Positions 24,321 through 36,000 of a DNA stretch of 64,000 nt are shown piece after piece. Position numbers and translations under genes: made by a program. A model generated the notes under the pieces. That model made no database searches. It was not told the origin of the DNA and was given only the letters and a program-made list of their open reading frames with translations. The stretch is from Eledone cirrhosa. Its lineage: Eukaryota. The stretch lies in contig OZ024742.1 of NCBI GenBank assembly GCA_964016885.1, positions 44,826,001 through 44,890,000 of the forward strand, in the 5' to 3' direction. Numbering within the stretch: the first letter of the stretch is position 1; every line of letters begins with the position of its first letter.

Positions 24321-24549
24321 CCTCATTACGCAATGCTTCAAGTAAACTACAATTTCCTCCTAATTTATATATATATACACCCTTTAAATTTATATATATA
24401 CATATATAGAAGACCCGCCTTACCTAAGTACAAAGTGAAACCTACTACAGTTAGTAGGCACCTCTAACAAAAATACACCCCCGTCCCACTACCCCCACCC
24501 CATCCACACTACCCCTTTCAATGTAAAGTTATGTTGGTACCACAACATC

Positions 24550-24822
24550 CAGTCCAAAACAAATGAGGTCGTGTAGGTGTCACGACAAAAAAACACACAG
24601 TCCACGCTGTAATGTGGCCGTGTAGGTAACACAGTAAAAACCTCCCAGTCCACACTGTAAACGTGGTTGGTGTTAGGAAGGGCATCCAGCCGTAGAAAAC
24701 CCGCCAGACAGTCTTATGTGAGCAAGACAACCACTCTTGCCTCAAGTGGGAAAACTCCCGTCCAAACCCATGCAAGTGTGGAAGAGGGACGTTAAACGAT
24801 GATGATGATGATGATGATGATA
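24550..24822 (+). mobile_element. SINE 3' portion related to family A, preceded by short internal tandem duplications
   Basis: GGTTGGTGTTAGGAAGGGCATCCAGCCGTAGAAA...CCCATGCAAGTGTGGAAGAGGGACGTTAAACGATGATGATG. CAGTCCA occurs three times at roughly 48-bp spacing, with GTGTAGGT between. Confidence 0.75.
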
Positions 24823-25126
24823 TATTATATATATCTTTTATACTTGAATTATTATGGCTCTGGACAAAGTCTATTGAGTTGGTTTATTGAGAAGCACAAA
24901 AATCAAACATATTTGATATGGTTTGATACCTGACATTTGTGTATATATGTATATATATATATATATTAGAATTGGTGCTCTGAAATAGTGATATATATAT
25001 GAATGTATATATAGTGTATTTTGCAATACACTGTATGCTTAATTAAAAGCATTTTGAAGACCTTACGCTATTGTTTTAAAGTAGTGACTATGTCACTTAC
25101 TTCTTTTTTCAACAAACAAAGGGAGA

Positions 25127-25174
25127 TAAACTGCCAGATCTCTGTTTCGTACTGTTGGTACTCTTCAGAGCTTA
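25127..25174 (-). ncRNA. Minimal type I hammerhead ribozyme motif (cleavage triplet mutated to GGC)
   Basis: Minus strand: TAAGCT CTGAAGA GTAC caaca GTAC GAAA CAGA ga TCTG GC AGTTTA. Confidence 0.75.
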
Positions 25175-25444
25175 CCACTCCCTCTGTCGGCTGAAAATTA
25201 TGAATGTTGGATTCTTATAGAATTCCAGTAATAATCAGGAACTGATTATACAGAGCGGTTGCCGGTCCACCAAAAATTGAAAATTAGAATTGGTGCTCTG
25301 AAATAGCGATATATATATGAATGTATATATAGTGTATTTTGCAATACACTGTATGCTTAATTAAAAGCATTTTGAAGACCTTATGCTATTGTTTTAAAGT
25401 AGTGACTATGTCATTTACATCTTTTTTCAGCAAACAAAGAGAGA

Positions 25445-25492
25445 TAAGCTGACAGATCTCTGTTTCATACTGTTGGTAGTCTTCAGAGCTTA
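25445..25492 (-). ncRNA. Minimal type I hammerhead ribozyme motif (GUC intact, stem II first pair mutated)
   Basis: Minus strand: TAAGCT CTGAAGA CTAC caaca GTAT GAAA CAGA ga TCTG TC AGCTTA. Stem I TAAGCT/AGCTTA pairs perfectly. Confidence 0.78.
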
Positions 25493-25623
25493 GCACTCCC
25501 ATTTCAAAATACACTATATATACATTCATATATATATATACCCTTGAAATATATATAATAGAATGAATATGGTTTTATAAATATAGTTTCCATTTATTTA
25601 ATATCATTGATATATATATATAT

Positions 25624-25963
25624 GGAGGCACATGGCTTAGTGGTTAGAGGATTGGCCTTGCAATCGAAAGGTTGTGAGTTCAATTCTCAGACCGGCTGAT
25701 GTGTTGTTTCCTTGAGCAAGACACTTTATTTCACATTGCTCCAGTTTACTCAGCTGTAGAAATGAGATGATAGGGGCTGGGGTCCCTATCATTCCACTGC
25801 AAAGTGGTCGTGGAGGTGCCACGGCAAAAAAGCACCCAGCACTCACTGTAAATGAGGTTGGTGTTAGGAAGGGCATCCAGCTGTAGAAATCAAGCCAGAA
25901 TCAGTTCCCGTCCCACCCTTGCAAGCAGGGAAAAAGCGGACGTAAAATGAAATGATGATGATG
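25624..25963 (+). mobile_element. SINE family A, full length
   Basis: GGAGGCACATGGCTTAGTGGTTAGAG (A box)...GAGTTCAATTCTC (B box)...GGACGTAAAATGAAATGATGATGATG; inserted in a (TA)n context. Confidence 0.93.
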
Positions 25964-25965
25964 AA

Positions 25966-25996
<31 letters not shown>

Positions 25997-26761
25997 CAGT
26001 TTATATTAACATATCCGGGCTGCATAATCTGTGGTTTCGTTGTTAGACTATTTGATTGGTTATCTCCATGGAACACATAAGGACAACAACCACAGTAACA
26101 GCAGCAACAGCAGCAACAGTAGCAACATTACTAACAACAACAACTGTGTCTTACTAGCAAGGAAGCCGACATGTCAGCCGGTGGACTGTCTCTGGTCAAT
26201 AATGATCTATTAAAAATCTAATAGTTATGATGAGAGGATATTAAAGGCCATCAAATATTAATCTATAATTCTCTCTCTATGTACATTAGAAAACTGTTTA
26301 TATATGAAAGTTCACAGGAATTTGTCTCGGCACACCAAAACATTCTTGAGTCATTGTATTTCTGCTTTTATATTCTAATTAAAAACTTTATCCATTCTGA
26401 TCAATCACAAGGCAGCAAAGAACAGCTTAGTTAATGGATGAAGCAATCATTTCCAAAACATCCCTTAACAATAGCCTTGGTTTTAAGCATGGGATAATGA
26501 TACATGGATATGTATGTGGATGGTGGATGGATGGATGTGGATGGTTGTATGTGTGGATGGTAATGACTCTGTATGTAGAAGGCTGTGTGTGTGTGGATGA
26601 ACTATAGATAAGTGGCAATTAACCTAATTTTTTAGAGAGAACGTTTTGATTGGCTCAATCTCAGACTGTCATCAGTGCTTTGTTCCTGGATAGGTTGCTG
26701 GTCCCACATTGGATTCAAAGGATTTTTATATCTGAATTAAGAGTAGTAATATTTGTATCCT

Positions 26762-26905
26762 GAGGTGGCAAATTAGCAGAGTCGTTAAAACATCAGATAA
26801 CATGTTTTGCAGTATTTGTTCCAGCTCTCTGCACTCTAAGTTCAAAACCTGCTGAAGTCAACTTTGCTTTTTGTCCTTTCAGGACCAATAAAACTTACCA
26901 GTCAA
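26762..26905 (+). mobile_element. Old, diverged SINE of the family B type
   Basis: GGTGGCAAATTAGCAGAGTCGTTA...AAGTTCAAAACCTGCTGAAGTCAACTTTGCTTTTTGTCCTTTCAGGACCAATAAAACTTACCAGT. Confidence 0.65.
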
Positions 26906-27029
26906 CTATTGTGTCTATTCTTTCTCTATACCCTTTTCTCACTTCCTCATTACCACTTTTTCTCCTTTTCTGGAAGAAATTGGCTGTGTTCAAACTTGGA
27001 GCAGGGATGAGTTTTGCTAGGTTTCAAAA

Positions 27030-30000
27030 ATGCCTAAGACATGCTGTGTGTTACTATGGCAACCCTATGGTTCCATCATCTGTTACATGCCCAAGACATG
27101 CGGTATGTCACTATGGCAACTCTATGATTCCATCAGATGTTATATGCTCAAGAGATCCTGTATGTCACTATGGCAACCCTATGGCTCCATCATCTGTTAC
27201 ATGCCCAAGACATGCTGTATGTCACTATGGCAACTCTATGATTCCATCAGATGTTATATGCCCAAGACATGCTGTATGTCACTATGGCAACCCTATGCCT
27301 CCATTAGATGTTATATGGCCAAAACATGCTGTATGTCACTATAGCACCCCTAAGACTCCATCATGTGTTATATGGCCAAAACATGCTGTATGACACTATA
27401 GCAGCCCTATGTCTCAATCATGTGTTATATGGCCAAAACATGCTGTATGTCACTATAGCACCCCTAAGACTCCATCATGTGTTATATGGCCAAAACATGC
27501 TGTATGTCACTATAGCACCCCTATGACTCAATCATGTGTTATATGACCAAAACATGCTGTATGTCACTATAGCACCCCTAAGACTTCATCATGTGTTATA
27601 TGACCAAAACATGCTGTATGTCACTATAGCACCCCTAAGACTCCATCATGTGTTATATGCCCAAAACATGCTGTATGTCACTATAGCACCCCTAAGACTC
27701 CATCATGTGTTATATGGCCAAAACATGCTGTATGTCCCTATAGCAGCCCCATGACTCCATCATGTGTTGTATGGGCAAAACATGCTGTATGTCACTATAG
27801 CACCCCTAAGACTCCATCATGTGTTATATGGCCAAAACATGCTGTATGTCACTATAGCACCCCTATTACTCAATCATGTGTTATATGGCCAAAACATGCT
27901 GTATATCACTATAGCACCCCTATGACGCAATCATGTGTTATATGCCCAAAACATGCTGTATGTCACTATAGCACCCCTAAGACTCCATCATGTGTTATAT
28001 GGCCAAAACATGCTGTATGTCACTATAGCACCCCTAAGACTCCATCATGTGTTGTATGGGCAAAACATGCTGTATGTCACTATAGCACCCCTAAGACTCC
28101 ATCATGTGTTATATGGCCAAAACATGCTGTATGTCACTATAGCACCCCTATGACTCAATCATGTGTTATATGGCCAAAACATGCTGTATATCACTATAGC
28201 ACCCCTATGACGCAATCATGTGTTATATGCCCAAAACATGCTGTATGTCACTATAGCACCCCTAAGACTCCATCATGTGTTATATGGCCAAAACATGCTG
28301 TATGTCACTATAGCACCCCTAAGACTCCATCATGTGTTATATGACCAAAACATGCTGTATGTCACTATAGCACCCCTATGACTCAATCATGTGTTACATG
28401 GCCCAAACATGCTGTATGTCACTATAGCAGCCCCATGACTCCTTCATGTGTTATATGGCCAAAACATACTGTATGTCACTATAGCACACCTATGACTCCA
28501 TCATGTGTTATATGGCCAAAACATGCTGTATGTCACTATAGCACACCTATGACTCCATCATGTGTTATATGGCCAAAACATGCTGTATGTCACTATAGCA
28601 CCCCTATGACTCAATCATGTGTTATATGACCAAAACATGCTGTATGTCACTATAGCACCCCTATGACTCAATCATGTGTTATATGGCCAAAACATGCTGT
28701 ATGTCACTATAGCAGCCCTATGACTCAATCATGTGTTATATGGCCAAAACATGCTGTATGTCACTATAGCACCCCTAAGACTCCATCATGTGTTATATGG
28801 CCAAAACATGCTGTATGTCACTATAGCACCCCTATGACTCAATCATGTGTTATATGGCCAAAACATGCTGTATGTCACTATAGCAGCCCTATGACTCCAT
28901 CATGTGTTATATGGCCAAAACATGCTGTATGTCACTATAGCACCCCTATGACTCAATCATGTGTTATATGGCCAAAACATGCTGTATGTCACTATAGCAC
29001 CCCTATGACTCAATCATGTGTTATATGACCAAAACATGCTGTATGTCACTATAGCACACCTAAGACGCCATCATGTGTTATATGGCCAAAACATGCTGTA
29101 TGTCACTATAGCACCCCTATGACTCAATCATGTGTTATATGGCCAGAACATGGTGTATGTCACTATAGCACCCCTATGACTCAATCATGTGTTATATGGC
29201 CAAAACATGGTGTATGTCACTATAGCAGCTCTATGACTCAATCATGTGTTATATGACCAAAACATGCTGTATGTCACTATAGCACCCCTATGACTCCATC
29301 AGATATTATATGGCCAAAACATGCTATATGTCACTATAGCAGCCCTATGACTCAATCATGTGTTATGTGGCCAAAACATGCTGTATGTCACTATAGCAGC
29401 CCTATGACTCAATCATGTGTTATGTGGCCAAAACATGATGTATGTCACTATAGAACCCCTATGACTCAATCATGTGTTATGTAGCCAAAACATGCTGTAT
29501 GTCACTATAGCAGCCCTATGACTCCATCAGATGTTATATGGCCAAAACATGCTGTACGTCACTATAGCACCCCTAAGACTGCATCATGTGTTATATGACG
29601 AAAACATGCTGTATGTCACTATAGCAGCCCTATGACTCAATCATGTGTTATATGGCCAAAACATGCTGTATGTCACTATAGCACCCCTATGACTCAATCA
29701 TGTGTTATGTGGCCAAAATATGCTGTATGTCACTATAGCACCCCTATGACTCAATCATGTGTTATATGCCCAAAACATGCTGTATGTCAATATAGCACCC
29801 CTATGACTCCATCATGTGTTATATTGCCAAAACATGCTGTATGTCACTATAGCACCCCTAAGACTCCATCATGTGTTATATGACCAAAACATTCTGTATG
29901 TCACTATAGCACCCCTAAGAATCCATCATGTGTTATATGCCCAAAACATGCTGTATGTCACTATAGAACCCCTAAGACTCAATCATGTGTTATATGGCCA

Positions 30001-33000
30001 AAACATGCTGTATGTCACTATAGCACCCCTATGACTCAATCATGTGTTATATGCCCAAAACATGCTGTATGTCACTATAGCACCCCTAAGACTCCATCAT
30101 GTGTTATATGGCCAATACATGCTGTATGTCACTATAGCACCCCTAAGACTCCATCATGTGTTATATGGCCAAAACATGCTGTATGTCACTATAGCACCCG
30201 TATGATTCAATCATGTGTTATATGGCCAAAACATGCTGTATGTCACTATAGCACCCGTATGATTCAATCATGTGTTATATGGCCAAAACATGCTGTATGT
30301 CACTATAGCACCCCTAAGACTCCATCATGTGTTATATGGCCAAAACATGCTGTATGTCACTATAGCAGCCCTATGACTCCATCATATGTTATATGACCAA
30401 AACATGGTGTATGTCACTATAGCACCCCTATGACTCTATCAGATGTTATATGGCCAAAACATGCTGTATGTCACTATAGCAGCCCTATGACTCCATCATG
30501 TGTTATATGGCCAAAACATGCGGTATGTCACTATAGCACCCCTAAGACTCCATCATGTGTTATATGACCAAAACATGCTGTATGTCACTATAGCAGCCCT
30601 ATGACTCAATCATGTGTTATATGGCCAAAACATGCTGTATGTCACTATAGCACCCCTATGACTCAATCATGTGTTATGTGGCCAAAACATGCTGTATGTC
30701 ACTATAGCAGCCCTATGACTCAATCATGTGTTATATGCCCAAAACATGTTGTATGTCACTATAACACCCCTAAGACTCCATCATGTGTTATATGGGCAAA
30801 ACATGCTGTATGTCACTATAGCACCCCTAAGACTCCATCATGTGTTATATGGCCAAAACATGCTGTATGTCACTATAGCACCGCTATGACTCAATCATGT
30901 GTTATATGGCCAAAACATGCTGTATGTCACTATAGCACCCCTATGACTCAATCATGTGTTATATGGCCAAAACATGCTGTATGCCACTATAGCACCCCTA
31001 TGACTCAATCATGTGTTATATGTCCAAAACATGCTGTATGTCACTATAGCACCCCTATGACTCAATCGTGTGTTATATGGCCAAAACATGCTGTATGTCA
31101 CTATAGCACTTCTAAGACTCGATCATGTGTTATATGGCCAAAACATGCTGTATGTCACTATAGCAGCCCTATGACTCAATCATGTGTTATATGGCCAAAA
31201 CATGCTGTATGTCACTATAGCACCCCTATGACTCGATCATGTGTTATATGGCCAAAACATGCTGTATGACACTATAGCAGCCCTATGACTCAATCATGTG
31301 TTATATGGCCAAAACATGCTGTATGTCACTATAGCACCCCTAAGACTCCATCATGTGTTATATGGCCAAAACATGCTGTATGTCACTATAGCACCCCTAT
31401 GACTCAATCATGTGTTATATGACCAAAACATGCTGTATGTCACTATAGCACCCGTATGATTCAATCATGTGTTATATGGCCAAAACATGCTGTATGTCAC
31501 TATAGCACCCCTAAGACTCCATCATGTGTTATATGGAAAAACATGCTGTATGTCACTATAGCAGCCCTATGACTCCATCATATGTTATATGACCAAAACA
31601 TGCTGTATGTCACTATAGCACACCTAAGACGCCATCATGTGTTATATGGCCAAAACATGCTGTATGTCACTATAGCACCCCTATGACTCAATCATGTGTT
31701 ATATGGCCAGAACATGGTGTATGTCACTATAGCACCCCTATGACTCAATCATGTGTTATATGGCCAAAACATGCTATATGTCACTATAGCAGCCCTATGA
31801 CTCAATCATGTGTTATGTGGCCAAAACATGCTGTATGTCACTATAGCAGCCCTATGACTCAATCATGTGTTATGTGGCCAAAACATGCTGTATGTCACTA
31901 TAGAACCCCTATGACTCAATCATGTGTTATGTAGCCAAAACATGCTGTATGTCACTATAGCAGCCCTATGACTCCATCAGATGTTATATGGCCAAAACAT
32001 GCTGTATGTCACTATAGCACCCCTAAGACTGCATCATGTGTTATATGACGAAAACATGCTGTATGTCACTATAGCAGCCCTATGACTCAATCATGTGTTA
32101 TATGGCCAAAACATGCTGTATGTCACTATAGCACCCCTATGACTCAATCATGTGTTATGTGGCCAAAATATGCTGTATGTCACTATAGCACCCCTATGAC
32201 TCAATCATGTGTTATATGCCCAAAACATGCTGTATGTCAATATAGCACCCCTATGACTCCATCATGTGTTATATTGCCAAAACATGCTGTATGTCACTAT
32301 AGCACCCCTAAGACTCCATCATGTGTTATATGACCAAAACATTCTGTATGTCACTATAGCACCCCTAAGAATCCATCATGTGTTATATGCCCAAAACATG
32401 CTGTATGTCACTATAGAACCCCTAAGACTCAATCATGTGTTATATGGCCAAAACATGCTGTATGTCACTATAGCACCACTATGACTCAATCATGTGTTAT
32501 ATGCCCAAAACATGCTGTATGTCACTATAGCACCCCTAAGACTCCATCATGTGTTATATGGCCAATACATGCTGTATGTCACTATAGCACCCCTAAGACT
32601 CCATCATGTGTTATATGGCCAAAACATGCTGTATGTCACTATAGCACCCGTATGATTCAATCATGTGTTATATGGCCAAAACATGCTGTATGTCACTATA
32701 GCACCCGTATGATTCAATCATGTGTTATATGGCCAAAACATGCTGTATGTCACTATAGCACCCCTAAGACTCCATCATGTGTTATATGGCCAAAACATGC
32801 TGTATGTCACTATAGCAGCCCTATGACTCCATCATATGCTATATGACCAAAACATGGTGTATGTCACTATAGCACCCCTATGACTCTATCAGATGTTATA
32901 TGGCCAAAACATGCTGTATGTCACTATAGCAGCCCTATGACTCCATCATGTGTTATATGGCCAAAACATGCGGTATGTCACTATAGCACCCCTAAGACTC

Positions 33001-36000
33001 CATCATGTGTTATATGACCAAAACATGCTGTATGTCACTATAGCAGCCCTATGACTCAATCATGTGTTATATGGCCAAAACATGCTGTATGTCACTATAG
33101 CACCCCTATGACTCAATCATGTGTTATGTGGCCAAAACATGCTGTATGTCACTATAGCAGCCCTATGACTCAATCATGTGTTATATGCCCAAAACATGTT
33201 GTATGTCACTATAACACCCCTAAGACTCCATCATGTGTTATATGGGCAAAACATGCTGTATGTCACTATAGCACCCCTAAGACTCCATCATGTGTTATAT
33301 GGCCAAAACATGCTGTATGTCACTATAGCACCGCTATGACTCAATCATGTGTTATATGGCCAAAACATGCTGTATGTCACTATAGCACCCCTATGACTCA
33401 ATCATGTGTTATATGGCCAAAACATGCTGTATGCCACTATAGCACCCCTATGACTCAATCATGTGTTATATGTCCAAAACATGCTGTATGTCACTATAGC
33501 ACCCCTATGACTCAATCGTGTGTTATATGGCCAAAACATGCTGTATGTCACTATAGCACCTCTAAGACTCGATCATGTGTTATATGGCCAAAACATGCTG
33601 TATGTCACTATAGCAGCCCTATGACTCAATCATGTGTTATATGGCCAAAACATGCTGTATGTCACTATAGCACCCCTATGACTCGATCATGTGTTATATG
33701 GCCAAAACATGCTGTATGACACTATAGCAGCCCTATGACTCAATCATGTGTTATATGGCCAAAACATGCTGTATGTCACTATAGCACCCCTAAGACTCCA
33801 TCATGTGTTATATGGCCAAAACATGCTGTATGTCACTATAGCACCCCTATGACTCAATCATGTGTTATATGACCAAAACATGCTGTATGTCACTATAGCA
33901 CCCGTATGATTCAATCATGTGTTATATGGCTAAAACATGCTGTATGTCACTATAGCACCCCTAAGACTCCATCATGTGTTATATGGAAAAACATGCTGTA
34001 TGTCACTATAGCAGCCCTATGACTCCATCATATGTTATATGACCAAAACATGGTGTATGTCACTATAGCACCCCTATGACTCTATCAGATGTTATATGGC
34101 CAAAACATGCTGTATGTCACTATAGCAGCCCTATGACTCCATGATGTGTTATATGGCCAAAACATGCGGTATGTCACTATAGCACCCCTAAGACTCCATC
34201 ATGTGTTATATGACCAAAACATGCTGTATGTCACTATAGCAGCCCTATGACTCAATCATGTGTTATATGGCCAAAACATGCTGTATGTCACTATAGCACC
34301 CCTATGACTCAATCATGTGTTATGTGGCCAAAACATGCTGTATGTCACTATAGCAGCCCTATGACTCAATCATGTGTTATATGCCCAAAACATGTTGTAT
34401 GTCACTATAACACCCCTAAGACTCCATCATGTGTTATATGGGCAAAACATGCTGTATGTCACTATAGCACCCCTAAGACTCCATCATGTGTTATATGGCC
34501 AAAACATGCTGTATGTCACTATAGCACCGCTATGACTCAATCATGTGTTATATGGCCAAAACATGCTGTATGTCACTATAGCACCCCTATGACTCAATCA
34601 TGTGTTATATGGCCAAAACATGCTGTATGCCACTATAGCACCCCTATGACTCAATCATGTGTTATATGTCCAAAACATGCTGTATGTCACTATAGCACCC
34701 CTATGACTCAATCGTGTGTTATATGGCCAAAACATGCTGTATGTCACTATAGCACCTCTAAGACTCGATCATGTGTTATATGGCCAAAACATGCTGTATG
34801 TCACTATAGCAGCCCTATGACTCAATCATGTGTTATATGGCCAAAACATGCTGTATGTCACTATAGCACCCCTATGACTCAATCATGTGTTATATGGCCA
34901 AAACATGCTGTATGACACTATAGCAGCCCTATGACTCAATCATGTGTTATATGGCCAAAACATGCTGTATGTCACTATAGCACCCCTAAGACTCCATCAT
35001 GTGTTATATGGCCAAAACATGCTGTATGTCACTATAGCACCCCTATGACTCAATCATGTGTTATATGACCAAAACATGCTGTATGTCACTATAGCACCCC
35101 TAAGACTTCATCATGTGTTATATGACCAAAACATGCTGTATGTCACTATAGCACCCCTAAGACTCCATCATGTGTTATATGCCCAAAACATGCTGTATGT
35201 CACTATAGCACCCCTAAGACTCCATCATGTGTTATATGGCCAAAACATGCTGTATGTCCCTATAGCAGCCCCATGACTCCATCATGTGTTATATGGGCAA
35301 AACATGCTGTATGTCACTATAGCACCCCTAAGACTCCATCATGTGTTATATGGCCAAAACATGCTCTATGTCACTATAGCACCCCTATGACTCAATCATG
35401 TGTTATAAGGCCAAAACATGCTGTATATCACTATAGCACCCCTATGACGCAATCATGTGTTATATGCCCAAAACATGCTGTATGTCACTATAGCACCCCT
35501 AAGACTCCATCATGTGTTATATGGCCAAAACATGCTGTATGTCACTATAGCACCCCTAAGACTCCATCATGTGTTATATGGCCAAAACATGCTGTATGTC
35601 ACTATAGCACCCCTATGACTCAATCATGTGTTATATGGCCAAAACATGCTGTATATCACTATAGCACCCCTATGACTCCATCATGTGTTATATGCCCAAA
35701 ACATGCTGTATGTCACTATAGCACCCCTAAGACTCCATCATGTGTTATATGGCCAAAACATGCTGTATGTCCCTATAGCAGCCCCATGACTCCATCATGT
35801 GTTATATGGGCAAAACATGCTGTATGTCACTATAGCACCCCTAAGACTCCATCATGTGTTATATGGCCAAAACATGCTGTATGTCACTATAGCACCCCTA
35901 TGACTCAATCATGTGTTATATGGCCAAAACATGCTGTATATCACTATAGCACCCCTATGACGCAATCATGTGTTATATGCCCAAAACATGCTGTATGTCA

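Larger units (their letters stand above)
24965..25540 (-). mobile_element. 318-bp tandem repeat (1.7 copies) plus a short inverted terminal segment; Penelope pseudo-LTR or non-LTR retrozyme-like
   Basis: 24965-25182 is repeated at 25283-25500. 25505-25540 is the reverse complement of part of the unit. Each copy carries a hammerhead motif. Confidence 0.78.

Noticed and set aside
25624-25700. tRNA gene (apparent TGC anticodon)
   Set aside because: A and B boxes are present, but the acceptor and anticodon stems do not pair and the sequence continues into a SINE body found in four copies.
27385-27405. Phage SP6/T7 promoter-like GACACTATAG / CACTATAG in the satellite
   Set aside because: Only the 3' 8-10 nt match and the upstream specificity region is absent. 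This is coincidence, not vector sequence.
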